From Candidatus Kerfeldbacteria bacterium RIFCSPLOWO2_02_FULL_42_19 (GTDB taxonomy: Bacteria > Patescibacteriota > Patescibacteriia > HO2-48-17), in contig MHKF01000012.1 of the NCBI GenBank assembly GCA_001818315.1, positions 128,080 through 192,079 of the forward strand: a stretch of DNA of 64,000 nucleotides. Direction: 5' to 3'. Shown here piece after piece: positions 7,102 to 17,713 of the stretch. Position 1 is the stretch's first letter; each line of letters starts with the position of its first letter. The position numbers and the translations under genes are program-made. Below the pieces are notes generated by a model. The model did not search any database, was not told where the DNA came from, and was given only the letters and a program-made list of their open reading frames with translations.

Positions 7102-9945
7102 CTATGACGCTACATTTGTTGCACTGCGGCGATTTTTGAGAGAAGCGCAGTTTCCTGTCTCTGGGTCGACGTGCCTTTTTACTGCAGGCATTTCATGGAA
7201 AGGCACTCGTTCGCCGCAGTGTGGACAGAGGAATGTTTCTTCCCTGGTGCCGTTTTCGGCCGAGAAGAATCTGATTTGCTGCGGTCCACTCTGCAGGTGG
7301 ATGACCTCCACGTGAGTGTTTTCTTTCGGGGATTCGCCGAGTCGCACACCAAGTGTGGGCTCTTCCGCCTTGCCGTCGCGGTTGAAGGCAGCCTGTCGTC
7401 GCTCCCAGAAGTTGATTGCGGTGCGGGCATCTTTTTCCGGTTTCTTCGAACTCTCCTCACCGCCTTCTTTGGAGTCGTTCGCTATCTCTGCGCCGAGTTC
7501 CTGTACTTCGTGGAAGAATTCAGGGAGATCCGCGACGTGATCTTCGGCATCTTCTGGTGGAAGAGGAGGCGCTATCTCCTGATGCGCAGCTGTTGGGACC
7601 GCAGTCTCGATTGTCGCATTCCGAGCGAGAGCGGCGGTGAGTTCTTCGTAGTCACACAGCGCTTTTCTGAGTTTCTTTTCGGTTTCTTCGACTCGCTGCG
7701 TGAGTTCACTGATTGTCTTTTCTGATGTGACAAGCGTTTCGAGTCTGCCTTGTTCGGCAGCAGCAACTTTTTCTTCAGCACTTTTCGCGCGAATTTCTGC
7801 CACCGCTTCCTGTGATTTAGCTACTTCGGCGCGTCTTTCGGCAGTGATTTTTTTGGTATTCGCTTGCCGAAGCTCCTCGATGAGTCGAAGGTTCTCGTCA
7901 AGAAGCGCGTTCTTATTTGCTTCAGCATTTTGCGCCTGAATGCGGTAGAAGCCCGGGTTCGTGCACCCTTCGACGTCATTATTCTGTGACTCCATCTTAA
8001 TGATGTCGCTGAGTATCGGGGCCTCTTGTTTGAGCGCATCACGTTCGTTGCTGAGATTCGTATTTTTTCTACGAGCCTCATTCAAATCAACAATGATTTT
8101 CGTGCGCTCACGTTCGCTTGCTTGCAGATCCGCTTCGAGTTTTCGCTTTGTTTCTTGGAGTTGCTCGACCTTCTCTACAAGTATTCGAGTCTCGTGACCC
8201 GTGTCTCTCGTCATGTCTCCGATTTTCTTCTGAAGACTCTCTCGTGTTTTTTCCGACTTCTCGTAGTTTTTTTCGAGACGTCGGATTTTCTCTTGCTGAG
8301 TTTTGACAGTATCAGTATCGTCATCACTTGCAAACTGTCTCTTCAACACGAAGAGAATAATGAGTAGGAACGGGAGACACGCGAACATCAGAGGCGCGCG
8401 GCGCATGAAGACGTTCTGCGCGATCCAGTTATTGAGGGGATCAATGACTGGAATCCGGGTGGGATCTGCGGCAGGTTCGGCTGGCGGTGCGTCGACGGTT
8501 GGTGTTTCGGAGACGACGTTGCCGAACGTATTGGATTGCGGCAGAGTGTCATCTCGCTGAGGTTGCTGACCCTGTCCATCTTGCGAAGGCGTAGAGAGAC
8601 ACGCTGTCGAAGCTTTTGTTAGCTTTTCCTGCGTTTCGCTGAGTTTTTTCCGGAGCTTTTGAAGATCCTCCTCTGTTGCCTGCAATTTTTTGAGGGCATC
8701 ATCGAGGTCCTCCTTGAGGTTCTGCTTTTCTGTATGTAACGCAGCGGCGTTTTGACTCACCTCTTCCGATGTCGTATGCGTTTTTTTGAGGTATTTTACT
8801 TCATTACCCGGGTGGAGCGTTGCTTTTTTTACTCCTTCTTCTTCCACCCACATAGGACCGTTGAGCATCTCTAATTGCGCTTGATACTCACCCGAGGTAA
8901 ATTCCCCGGGATCATCTGACAGTCGTTGCGCGATGGACCAATACCCATCATTCGGTTCGACTGTCGTAGTATCGGTCAACTCCGTGGTCTCAAGATAGGC
9001 TAGGAGCGCTTTTAAAAATTTTTCCGATTGCTCCGCGTTTTCTTTTTCACTAAAGAAGTCGCGTCGCAGTTTGTCACCGCCATCTTGATCATCCTCCTTT
9101 ATAATGACGGTGCCAGTCTGAAAGCTGATTGTCACGGTCCCCATTGCAAACACTTTTCCGTTATCCCGAGCGATCTTGCTTTCGCTTTCGGGAGCTGTCG
9201 CAATGAAGTCTGCCTTGAGTTTGTTGACGATGTTCTCGGGCAGCCGGAACACGATTGTTCTTGATAACGTTCCGGTTTGCTGTACTTGCGCGCTGACCTC
9301 CTGTGTTTGTGGTGTTTCGGTTTTGATTGTTCTGTCTGTTTTCCTATCTTCAGGAGAGCCGAAACTTCCAATGCCAGGTGTGCCGTCGACTGATTTTTCC
9401 TTCTTTTCGGCATCGGTGGCGGGTTTTGCCTTGGCGTCAATGGGATCGCCTCCAACGCCTCTGTGTGCTGCAATACTGCGCGGCACTACCTTGAGTGTTT
9501 TTCGTCCCGCGATGATCTCTTGCTGTTTCTTCGGATCACGTCTTGCTACATTCGCGTTTTGAGCGAGTTCGGCAAGAGCGATTCTCAGATCTTGGCCGCT
9601 TCCGGAGACACTTGCGAACAAATTCTTACTCGCTCCAGTCTCTATGACTTCGTACCAGAGCAGAGTGTTTTCCTGTATTGCTCCATCGAAGACTTCGATG
9701 AGCAATTTGGGAATCTTGATCCCCGGAATGAAGATCTCCTGTGAGGAACACTGCATTTGTGTTCCTGCGGTGACTGCCTTCCCGTCTGGTGAACTGATTT
9801 TCACTACGAGATTCCGCAGTTCCGGTTCATTAGAGAGAATCCAACATTCTTGTTCTGCCCGCTCTTGATCCGCTGCGATTGCATCCACGATATTCAGAGC
9901 GAAAAAAACGCTCAACATCACGATCGTTGTTGTCATCAGTTTCAT
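7102..9945 (-). CDS. large signal-peptide/TM coiled-coil protein with a C-terminal zinc ribbon (hypothetical)
   Basis: 947 aa; N-terminal signal peptide; central TM (MFACLPFLLIILFVLK); long heptad-rich E/K/Q region; C-terminal CPHCG…C; GC content clearly higher than the neighbouring genes. Confidence 0.6.
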   Translation of the reverse strand: MKLMTTTIVMLSVFFALNIVDAIAADQERAEQECWILSNEPELRNLVVKISSPDGKAVTAGTQMQCSSQEIFIPGIKIPKLLIEVFDGAIQENTLLWYEVIETGASKNLFASVSGSGQDLRIALAELAQNANVARRDPKKQQEIIAGRKTLKVVPRSIAAHRGVGGDPIDAKAKPATDAEKKEKSVDGTPGIGSFGSPEDRKTDRTIKTETPQTQEVSAQVQQTGTLSRTIVFRLPENIVNKLKADFIATAPESESKIARDNGKVFAMGTVTISFQTGTVIIKEDDQDGGDKLRRDFFSEKENAEQSEKFLKALLAYLETTELTDTTTVEPNDGYWSIAQRLSDDPGEFTSGEYQAQLEMLNGPMWVEEEGVKKATLHPGNEVKYLKKTHTTSEEVSQNAAALHTEKQNLKEDLDDALKKLQATEEDLQKLRKKLSETQEKLTKASTACLSTPSQDGQGQQPQRDDTLPQSNTFGNVVSETPTVDAPPAEPAADPTRIPVIDPLNNWIAQNVFMRRAPLMFACLPFLLIILFVLKRQFASDDDTDTVKTQQEKIRRLEKNYEKSEKTRESLQKKIGDMTRDTGHETRILVEKVEQLQETKRKLEADLQASERERTKIIVDLNEARRKNTNLSNERDALKQEAPILSDIIKMESQNNDVEGCTNPGFYRIQAQNAEANKNALLDENLRLIEELRQANTKKITAERRAEVAKSQEAVAEIRAKSAEEKVAAAEQGRLETLVTSEKTISELTQRVEETEKKLRKALCDYEELTAALARNATIETAVPTAAHQEIAPPLPPEDAEDHVADLPEFFHEVQELGAEIANDSKEGGEESSKKPEKDARTAINFWERRQAAFNRDGKAEEPTLGVRLGESPKENTHVEVIHLQSGPQQIRFFSAENGTREETFLCPHCGERVPFHEMPAVKRHVDPETGNCASLKNRRSATNVAS

Positions 9946-9966
9946 GTTTCTTCTCCTTGCAGTTTT

Positions 9967-10117
9967 AGTTCCTACATTACTTGCAGTCTGTAGGAACTTG
10001 GTTGAAAAATTCTAGATTCAGAATTTATTCCGATAGGCAGGGCTGGCGGTTTGTGATTTTTTTCTCACAGACTGCCGGAAAAAGGTTCAATAAAAAGCTC
10101 TTTTCTAGCAGTCTGTG
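9967..10117. promoter_or_regulatory. Divergent intergenic region (large gene <-> dnaG) containing two perfect 10-bp palindromic hairpins that share a CAGTCTGT motif
   Basis: agttcctaca…tgtaggaact (9967-9998) and cacagactgc…gcagtctgtg (10067-10117); the same half-site recurs at 27258-27298 and 29984-30029. Confidence 0.3.
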
Positions 10118-10518
10118 CACGTCCGGTTTTTCTCTTTCTTTTGAGTATTTTCTAGCGGTTGTATTGCTGTATTTTCTTTCCTTCATTTTTCAAAGAACGT
10201 CACCAAAAGCGTAGTCATAAACATTGTCTTTGTCAATGTATATTTACAGTTTTTGGAAACAATTGAGTAAATCATGTATTGAAATTTTTGTCAATTTCGC
10301 ACAAAATTGAAAAAAGCGAATAGAAAAAACTTTTGTGAGAAATATCTGAAGGATATCATGACTTTCGCTTATGTTCCTCACTGGAGCAATCCTATTCGCT
10401 TTTTTTGAAAAAGGCTACTACCCGTCGGAATCCGAATCACTTCCTGCAAGAAGAAGAATCGGACGCGTAACATTACAAAAATAGTATACTTTGCCTTTGC
10501 TTTTTCGTCAAAAGCGGG

Positions 10519-10530
10519 TTGTGATATAGT
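10519..10530 (+). promoter_or_regulatory. Extended -10 element TGaTATAGT, 8 nt upstream of the dnaG ATG (possibly leaderless)
   Basis: ttgtgatatagt ends 7 nt before ATG 10538. Confidence 0.35.
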
Positions 10531-10537
10531 AACATAT

Positions 10538-12337
10538 ATGGATCAAGTCGCAGAAATCAAACGTCGACTCAACATTATCGACCTCGTGCAGGAATACGTT
10601 CCGATCAAAAAAGTCGGTACGAATTGGAAGGCGCGGTGCCCTTTTCATCAAGAAAAGACGCCGTCGTTTATGGTTTCCGAAGATAAACAAATCTGGCACT
10701 GCTTTGGCTGCAATGAAGGAGGGGATATGTTTCGTTTTTTACAAAAAATAGAAGGTTTGGAATTTCCGGAGGCGCTCCGCATTTTGGCTGCGAAAGCGCA
10801 TGTGACCCTTTCGCGTTGGGATCCGAAGATGCATACGCAACGAACGCGACTCCTTGAGGTGTTGACAGAAGCAGCGCGTTGGTATCATGAGACCTTACTT
10901 TCTGCTCCAGAGGCGGTGCGCGCCCGCGCGTATGCGCGAGAGCGAGGAATGACACGTGAGACGGTTGAAGATTTTTATCTTGGATATGCGAAAGAGACGA
11001 GGCAGACACTTTCGCAACATATGCTTACGAAGCGTTTTTCGGTACAGGATCTGATTGACGCTGGACTCCTCGTCAAAAATGATCATGGCGAGACGTACGA
11101 TCGTTTTCGTGGGCGGTTGATATTCACACTTTATGATTTGCAGGGAGAAGTCGTTGGATTTGCGGGACGTCTTTTAACACAGCGCACTGATCTTGCAAAG
11201 TATGTGAATTCGCCGGAAACTCCGGTGTATCACAAGAGTCGGTTTGTATATCATTTACATCGCGCGAAGCATGAGATTCGGGCGAAAGATGCTGTGATTG
11301 TGATGGAGGGATACATGGATGTGATTACTGCGTATCAGGCCGGAATTAAAAATGTTGTTGCGAGTTCGGGCACCGCACTGACGCGCGAGCAGATTCATTT
11401 GCTTGGGCGATACACAAAGAATATATTTTTTGCGTTTGATACGGATGCTGCTGGGAAAGAAGCTACGAAGCGCGCAGTGATTCCAGCGCTTGCTGCGGAT
11501 ATGCGTGCGCGTGTTGTCCTCACGCGCGGCGGAAAAGATCCGGACGAAGCAATTCGTAAGGATCGCGATGCGTTTTTGCACGCTGTTGAATCCGCTCCCG
11601 CGTTTATGGATTATTTTTGCGATACTCTCGCTTCTACGTACGATCCTTCCACCGTTGATGGAAAGAAACAGTACGCGCAGGAAATACTCTCGCTTTTGGT
11701 TCATCTTCCTGATATGGTAGAGCAACAACATTACCTTCAAGCGCTTGCTGAACGAGTGCATGTGGACGAGCGTATTTTGTACGAAAAATTTATTCACTTC
11801 GCAGCACGTGCCAACACTGTGGCTGGTTCGACTCCACAAACTTCGAGTGTTATTCCATCTGCGCAAATTTCTGCGCAGTCTCAGCTACTTCGTACCCCCA
11901 ATGTATTACTCGAGCGGCTCTTTGCTTGTATCTTCGCATTTCCAAAAACATTTCCCTTTATTATTGATCACCTTGATCCCGAATGGATGCGCGTCGGGGT
12001 TTTTCAAGAACTTTACAAGCGATTGATTATTTATTATACTCATCATCAAGATGTACAGTGGAAACAGATCGTGGACAATGTTTTAACTCCTGAAGATACT
12101 GAGCGATTTTCTCGTATGATTGTCGAGAGTCAAGAACTACTTTTGCAAGACGAACGTGTTATCATGCTTGAAATCGAACAGATTATTGCTCGCCTGCATA
12201 GGAATTATATTTTGGAACAACTTACTTCTCTTAAGCAAGATATTGCCGCGGCTGAACAGCGTAGGGAGACACAGAAACTTTCGGAACTTACGCATTTGCT
12301 TCGTGATTATACACAAAAACTTCATCAACTTTCTTAA
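10538..12337 (+). CDS. dnaG: DNA primase DnaG
   Basis: CHC2 zinc finger [11 protein letters not shown]…HCFGC; TOPRIM region ([17 protein letters not shown]); followed by rpoD as in the conserved macromolecular-synthesis operon. Confidence 0.85.
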   Translation: MDQVAEIKRRLNIIDLVQEYVPIKKVGTNWKARCPFHQEKTPSFMVSEDKQIWHCFGCNEGGDMFRFLQKIEGLEFPEALRILAAKAHVTLSRWDPKMHTQRTRLLEVLTEAARWYHETLLSAPEAVRARAYARERGMTRETVEDFYLGYAKETRQTLSQHMLTKRFSVQDLIDAGLLVKNDHGETYDRFRGRLIFTLYDLQGEVVGFAGRLLTQRTDLAKYVNSPETPVYHKSRFVYHLHRAKHEIRAKDAVIVMEGYMDVITAYQAGIKNVVASSGTALTREQIHLLGRYTKNIFFAFDTDAAGKEATKRAVIPALAADMRARVVLTRGGKDPDEAIRKDRDAFLHAVESAPAFMDYFCDTLASTYDPSTVDGKKQYAQEILSLLVHLPDMVEQQHYLQALAERVHVDERILYEKFIHFAARANTVAGSTPQTSSVIPSAQISAQSQLLRTPNVLLERLFACIFAFPKTFPFIIDHLDPEWMRVGVFQELYKRLIIYYTHHQDVQWKQIVDNVLTPEDTERFSRMIVESQELLLQDERVIMLEIEQIIARLHRNYILEQLTSLKQDIAAAEQRRETQKLSELTHLLRDYTQKLHQLS

Positions 12338-12396
12338 GTCTCAATGAAAGTTTTTCTCGAAAAACTTGCTCTTTTATTTTTTGTTTAATTTTTTGT

Positions 12397-13761
12397 ATGC
12401 CAAGAACGCGCACACGTTTACGTGTCCATCGTAATAAAATTGTAAAAAAAAGTACTCGGGGCAAGCGCAAGCCAGAACCGAAGCGTTCTCGGAAAAAATC
12501 CGCATTGTCTTCGGTGCGTAAAAAATCTCATAACATTCGTCGATCAAAACATAATGCCTCAGCTCATGGCGCTCCAGGTCGCAAACCTCAGAAGCGAATC
12601 GGTTTGTCAACTGGAAAATCTCCTTTAAAAGCTCTCGGATTTTTACATCCGCCAGTGCCGCCGCGGGGATATACACCAACTTCGTGGCCGGAATCTGAAG
12701 CTCAGAAATTGTTTGCTAAGGGACAGATGCGCAGCTTTTTGACTGAAGATGAAATTTTACATACATTTCCTTTTATTGAAGATTATTTGCATGAATACGA
12801 ACATTTTTTGGGGCAACTCGAATACGGCGGAGTCGCCATTCGTGAGACAACGGGAAGTATTCTTGGACAACAACTCGCACCGCAAAACGAAACCCGGAAG
12901 CAGGTTTCTGATCGTAAGCCGTTCGATTTGGGTGACATTTCGAATGATTCTATTCAAATGTATTTGCGCGAGATTGGGAAAGTACCTCTTTTAAACAGTG
13001 AGGAAGAAATTCGACTTGCGAAACTCAAAGAAAGAGGGGAGCCGGACGCTAAACGGAAAATGATTGAAGCGAATTTGCGTCTCGTCGTAAGTATTGCAAA
13101 GAAGTTTACTGGCAGATCGCTTTCGCTTTTAGATCTCATTCAAGAGGGGAATGTTGGTTTGTTTCGCGCCGTGGAAAAGTTTGACTATCGGAAGGGGTAT
13201 AAATTTTCGACGTATGCGACCTGGTGGATTCGGCAGGCGATTACGCGTTCACTTGCAGATCAATCGCGCACGATTCGTATTCCGGTCCACATGGTCGAGA
13301 CGATTAATAAGTTTCAGCAGATAGAAAGGCAATTGATTCAAAGTCTTGGACGCGAGCCGCTGCCCGAAGAAATTGCCACTGAGATGGGCTTGCCGATCGA
13401 AAAAGTATTTCAGATTATAAAAATTTCGCAGGACACAGTTTCACTCGAAACGACTGTTGGAGATGATGATGAAGATTCAACGCTTGGGGATTTTATTGAA
13501 GATGCGAAGAGCGTGACACCGGATCGTGCAGCGGCTTTGGAGCTTTTGCGAGATCATGTGCGTGATGTGATTCGTGATTTAGTGCCCCGTGAACAAAAAA
13601 TTCTTGAGATGCGTTTTGGATTGCTCGACGGTGTTGCTCATACGCTCGAGGAAGTTGGTCAAGAGTTTGGTGTTACTCGAGAGCGTATCCGTCAGATTGA
13701 AGCAAAGTCACTGGAGCGCATCAAGCAACATGTCTCTATGAAAAAGCTTCAGGATTATTAG
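12397..13761 (+). CDS. rpoD: RNA polymerase primary sigma factor RpoD (sigma-70) with a basic N-terminal extension
   Basis: [12 protein letters not shown] region 2.x, IRIPVHMVE, region 4 [15 protein letters not shown]; the position after dnaG fits the operon. Confidence 0.85.
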   Translation: MPRTRTRLRVHRNKIVKKSTRGKRKPEPKRSRKKSALSSVRKKSHNIRRSKHNASAHGAPGRKPQKRIGLSTGKSPLKALGFLHPPVPPRGYTPTSWPESEAQKLFAKGQMRSFLTEDEILHTFPFIEDYLHEYEHFLGQLEYGGVAIRETTGSILGQQLAPQNETRKQVSDRKPFDLGDISNDSIQMYLREIGKVPLLNSEEEIRLAKLKERGEPDAKRKMIEANLRLVVSIAKKFTGRSLSLLDLIQEGNVGLFRAVEKFDYRKGYKFSTYATWWIRQAITRSLADQSRTIRIPVHMVETINKFQQIERQLIQSLGREPLPEEIATEMGLPIEKVFQIIKISQDTVSLETTVGDDDEDSTLGDFIEDAKSVTPDRAAALELLRDHVRDVIRDLVPREQKILEMRFGLLDGVAHTLEEVGQEFGVTRERIRQIEAKSLERIKQHVSMKKLQDY

Positions 13762-13830
13762 TTAAAAATTTTTTTACAAGACACTTCGTTTCACATTATA
13801 AGAAAATTTAAAAGTTTTATGAGATAATTT

Positions 13831-13922
13831 CCAAAAGAGAGGAGGGGAAAACTATAGCTTTCGAAGCACTCACAATGCACAGTGTGCTGAGAAAGTTTTG
13901 TTTTCCCCTCCTCTCTTTTGGA
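13831..13922. repeat. Family-B hairpin repeat, copy 1 (between the convergent rpoD and TrmB genes; terminator-like)
   Basis: aaaagagaggaggggaaaactatagctttcgaagcactcacaatgcacagtgtgctgagaaag…cccctcctctctttt; the core is shared with 22319-22411, 32641-32721 (opposite orientation) and 62393-62477. Confidence 0.6.
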
Positions 13923-13986
13923 AATTGCCTTCAATTCGTTGCAAATGTTGATTTTGGACACACGACACCACAAATAACATTTCCGG

Positions 13987-14745
13987 TTATACGGAATGTG
14001 TCGCTTTTAGCATTTTCCAGACGAACAGGAAAAATTGTTGAAACATCTCGACAATACTTGACGACTCGATGATCACGCAGTAGGGGTCGTCTTCTTGCAA
14101 CGAGAAAAACGCCATCGCGTTTCCATAGATTGTGACCGAACAGGCAAATGGAAATTCATCAGGCAAGTATCTCACTTCCCTCAATTTATTTGAGTCTAAA
14201 TAATCATGAGCGGCATAAGGAAGGATAAGTTTTGTAAAGACGCCCATTTCCTCCCGATTCTTCAGCCAGTTTGGGAAATATTTTGGAAGGTACTTTAACA
14301 GATCCGGCTGGGATGTCGCGTAGATCTGTTTGATTTTCCTCTCTCGCAATGTTTCCAAAATATGCTCCAGACCAGTTTTGATTCCATCTAACCCGACATA
14401 GATTTTAGCTACTGGTACGTTTATGCTCCGCGGAATAATCGCTTGGAGTTGCGGCATGATCTCATTGATTGCCTCTTCTTTCTCCTTCAACTGGTTTACG
14501 AATTGATTTGTGCTTTCCGGCGTGAAGTAGGCTACGTTGTTTTTCCGTATTCGTGAGACAAATCCCTGTTGTTGCAAAGATTCGAGCGTGAGATAGACCG
14601 TAGTGCGGGGGATTCCTGTCTCTTTGGCGATTTCAAATGCCGTAGTTTCGACCTGTTTCAATAAAAAAATATAGATTACAGCTTCATTTTGGGTCAGGCC
14701 GTAGAGCCTCAACGCGTGAATTATATCCTTATTGTCGTTTTTCAT
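13987..14745 (-). CDS. TrmB-family sugar-responsive transcriptional regulator
   Basis: N-terminal wHTH (LRLYGLTQNEAVIYIFLL…TAFEIAKETGIPRTTVYLTLESLQQQGFV) plus a C-terminal sugar-binding-like domain, ~250 aa. Confidence 0.6.
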   Translation of the reverse strand: MKNDNKDIIHALRLYGLTQNEAVIYIFLLKQVETTAFEIAKETGIPRTTVYLTLESLQQQGFVSRIRKNNVAYFTPESTNQFVNQLKEKEEAINEIMPQLQAIIPRSINVPVAKIYVGLDGIKTGLEHILETLRERKIKQIYATSQPDLLKYLPKYFPNWLKNREEMGVFTKLILPYAAHDYLDSNKLREVRYLPDEFPFACSVTIYGNAMAFFSLQEDDPYCVIIESSSIVEMFQQFFLFVWKMLKATHSV

Positions 14746-14907
14746 GACAACAGTATAATAGCATATTTTTCTCTATTTTGCAATCTATTCTGTTATGCTG
14801 TTATTATTATGAGTCAAATTCTATGACTATTGATATTCATGCGTGTATCCTGTCTATAAAATTAAAGAATGATCCAAAAGTTCTTTCTTTAAGAAGGGGA
14901 ATCATGA

Positions 14908-15429
14908 TTGTTTATCAGAAAAAGGAGCAATGAGATGAATATCAATGAGCTTATCGATCAACTTGCGAAGCAAAACATGAGTGAACACTTCACGGCTAGT
15001 GTGGCGTACGGGTTTATGCGTGGGAAAACCCTGGAGATTGATCAAGCCCTGAAAAATGCCAACGAGGAAGATCGATTCTCCCTCGCCGTTAACCTCTTCC
15101 GTCTTTGGTTCGAGGCAGGCATGTGCCGCGAGCAGGAGCGATTAGAAGAAGCTAAGAGTGTCTTCGGTGAGATCTTCGAGAAGCACGGAGGCAGGTACGT
15201 GATGTATACGCTCACCGCCGATCGCAAACAGCTCCGCGTGTGGTACGGTCGTCCCGCTTGCATGGCACCCGACCACGTCGACAGTTGCGGACATAACCTG
15301 CTGTTCGGAGTCTATGGACATCCTGAGGTCGTACAACGGTACCTCAAAGCGTTTCGCGAGATACACAATCTCGACGAGATTCGGGTACCAAATGGCGTAT
15401 TGCTCTACATGCATTGGTCTGACCGCTAG
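14908..15429 (+). CDS. hypothetical protein; GC-rich orphan
   Basis: 173-aa ORF with clearly higher GC and different codon usage than its flanks; no family recognised. Confidence 0.45.
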   Translation: MFIRKRSNEMNINELIDQLAKQNMSEHFTASVAYGFMRGKTLEIDQALKNANEEDRFSLAVNLFRLWFEAGMCREQERLEEAKSVFGEIFEKHGGRYVMYTLTADRKQLRVWYGRPACMAPDHVDSCGHNLLFGVYGHPEVVQRYLKAFREIHNLDEIRVPNGVLLYMHWSDR

Positions 15430-15525
15430 TACCTTGGTCTTTGAACGCCCGCCGTTTATATAAAGGGTCTGTCGCCGAATACCATTTCTGTAAACGGCGA
15501 TAGACCCATAAACGGCGATAGTAAC

Positions 15526-15566
15526 AACCCGCTATGTCCTTTGGATCTTAGCGGGTTCTTTTTTTC
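15526..15566. terminator. Rho-independent terminator (bidirectional, between the 14908 gene and the znuB 3' end)
   Basis: aacccgct-[16-nt loop]-agcgggtt followed by cttttttt. Confidence 0.6.
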
Positions 15567-15589
15567 AAAATTGAGGGTTCATCAAATAC

Positions 15590-16384
15590 CTATCTTTTGG
15601 TGAATAAACTGAATATGAAAAAGATGAGGGCGATGATAACAATCGTGCCGCCAGGAGCAAGGTCGAGGAAGTAAGAAAGTACGAGGCCGGTGATCGTTGC
15701 TGTGAGCGAAAGTAGAATGGCAATTAAGAATGTCTGTCTAAAACTCCTTCCAAATTGGATAGCGGTTGTAACTGGAATCACCATAAGGGCGCCAATTAAG
15801 AGTATGCCAACAATTCGCATAGCCAGTGCTACTGCAATGCCGGCGAGCATCACCAGCAATGTATTGAAAGTTTTTGTTGGAAGCCCTTCTGCATACGCGA
15901 GTTCCTCATCAAAAGTTACGAGAAAGAATTCTTTGTAAAAAATGAGAATGACAGTAAGCGCAACAATGCCAAGGATAATAATGATGGCGACTTCATGCGG
16001 TGCGACGGTCGCAATACTTCCAAAGAGAAAACTCGCGAGATCGGTATTAACACCGTGACCGAGATTCACAAGTACTATCGCTATCGCGAGACTGCCAGAA
16101 AGAAAGAGCGCGAGTACTGCTTCGCTTAAAATTTTTTTATTTTGTCGAATCTGTTCTATCCCGAGCGCTGCGACGATTGTTATGACGACTGCTGCGATGA
16201 CGGGATTGATATTCAATAGTAAGCCAAGAGCAACGCCAACAAGTGCAATATGAGCGAGTGTATCGGCCATATACGCATATCTGCGCATCACAAGAAACGT
16301 TCCGATCATCGGAGCGATCAATGCAATCGCTATGCCCGCAGCGAGCGCCCGTATCATGAAATCATATTGTAGGAAATCGATCAT
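15590..16384 (-). CDS. metal (Zn/Mn) ABC transporter permease, ABC-3 family (ZnuB/MntB-like)
   Basis: ~8 TM segments; MADTLAHIALVGVALG is typical of ABC-3 permeases; downstream of an ATPase gene. Confidence 0.75.
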   Translation of the reverse strand: MIDFLQYDFMIRALAAGIAIALIAPMIGTFLVMRRYAYMADTLAHIALVGVALGLLLNINPVIAAVVITIVAALGIEQIRQNKKILSEAVLALFLSGSLAIAIVLVNLGHGVNTDLASFLFGSIATVAPHEVAIIIILGIVALTVILIFYKEFFLVTFDEELAYAEGLPTKTFNTLLVMLAGIAVALAMRIVGILLIGALMVIPVTTAIQFGRSFRQTFLIAILLSLTATITGLVLSYFLDLAPGGTIVIIALIFFIFSLFTKR

Positions 16385-16420
16385 AATGTTGTATGAAGAT
16401 CAAAAGGTTGGATTTTGCAC

Positions 16421-17194
16421 TTACGAGTATTTTTCAAGTGCTTCATGTTCGTGCGTCACTGGCTTAGCTGTTTTTTCGTAGAATTGTTCTACATATTCTT
16501 TTTTGTTAAATGATCGTGACGGTAACTGGCACATGAGTGTTTTATTCAAACAAAGGATCGTTTCGACTTGTTCAGCTACGACATCAATATCGTGAGAAAC
16601 CAGAAGAATCGTGATGCCAAATTTTTTGTTGAGTGTGTTCAATAAAGTATAGAAAGTTTTTTGCGCTTTGATGTCCACTCCAATTGTTGGTTCGTCGAGA
16701 ATGAGTATTTTTGGTTCGCGAGCAAGAGCGCGAGCAATGAATACCCGCTGACGTTCACCGCCTGATAGAGTTCCGATCAGTCGCTTTTGAAGATGCGTGA
16801 CGTTGGTGAGCGCCATACTTTGCTCAATGATTTTTTTGTCTTGGCGAGTTTGCCAATGAAAAACGCCACGTCTTGCTGTGCGGCCGCTCGCAACAATTTC
16901 CCACACCGTTGCTGGAAATTTTTTTTCAATGTCTGCCATTTTCTGCGGCACGTATCCCATTTCAAAATGTTTTTTCGCTGTTTTAATATCGTGACCAAAA
17001 ATAGAAATAGTACCAGCGTTCGGTTTAAGAAGTCCAAGAATAAGTTTCAGGAGCGTCGTCTTACCGCCGCCGTTAGGTCCGATAATTCCAACATATGCTC
17101 CTCTGGGTATCTGGAAAGAAAGATGTTCTAGAATCGTTGTTTGAAGGTATTGAAATGAGACGTCATTGAATTCAATACAGTGAATCGTGTGCAT
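16421..17194 (-). CDS. metal ABC transporter ATP-binding protein (ZnuC-like)
   Basis: Walker A GIIGPNGGGKTTLL, signature LSGGERQRV, Walker B ILILDEPT. Confidence 0.8.
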   Translation of the reverse strand: MHTIHCIEFNDVSFQYLQTTILEHLSFQIPRGAYVGIIGPNGGGKTTLLKLILGLLKPNAGTISIFGHDIKTAKKHFEMGYVPQKMADIEKKFPATVWEIVASGRTARRGVFHWQTRQDKKIIEQSMALTNVTHLQKRLIGTLSGGERQRVFIARALAREPKILILDEPTIGVDIKAQKTFYTLLNTLNKKFGITILLVSHDIDVVAEQVETILCLNKTLMCQLPSRSFNKKEYVEQFYEKTAKPVTHEHEALEKYS

Positions 17195-17350
17195 ACAATT
17201 TTGAAAAAAACCTTCGAGAACTCCGTGTCACCGGGGATATCAAGCAGGGTGCCAGAGTTCTTGAAGGCTGTGAAAAAAGTAATTTATGTTTTCATTGTAA
17301 CTTATCTTACTCAAAAAGCAAGTGTAATTCTTTTTCATTATTTTTTTGGA

Positions 17351-17713
17351 TTACGCAATGAGTTGATGAATCAGACTTACGAATTTGAGCCATTCTGCAG
17401 TGTTTTCCATGAGTATTATATGACCTTGTGTTGTAATGGCGTATTCTTTTTTTCGTGGGCCACGTTTTGATCGTTTCCATTGTGCCTCGATGAGTTTTTG
17501 CTTTTCAAGTTTGTGCAGGAGCGGGTAGAGCATGCCAGGTGAACATTTTAAAGCGCCGTTTGAATGAGTGCGTATCCAGTGACGGAGATAATACCCGTGC
17601 ATGGGTTGCTCTCTCAGCGCTGAAAGGATAATCGTTTCTGTTGTGCCTTTGAGGAGCTCTTTATGATTGAGTGTTATGTGCGGTAGAGAGCGAGGTTCGT
17701 CGTTGGATTTCAT
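17351..17713 (-). CDS. PadR-family transcriptional regulator
   Basis: ETIILSALREQPMHGYYL…GMLYPLLHKLEKQKLIEAQWK is a typical PadR winged helix; it is the first gene of an apparent PadR-znuC-znuB operon. Confidence 0.65.
   Translation of the reverse strand: MKSNDEPRSLPHITLNHKELLKGTTETIILSALREQPMHGYYLRHWIRTHSNGALKCSPGMLYPLLHKLEKQKLIEAQWKRSKRGPRKKEYAITTQGHIILMENTAEWLKFVSLIHQLIA

Noticed and set aside
13791-13973. Small ORFs spanning the Family-B repeats (13791-13973 on the minus strand, 22314-22529 on the plus strand, 32593-32793 on the plus strand) that encode similar LSQHTV(H/Q)C(E/Q)CFES peptides
   Set aside because: The shared peptide is a by-product of the conserved nucleotide repeat being translated in the same frame. 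Orientation differs between copies and there is no start or RBS context.
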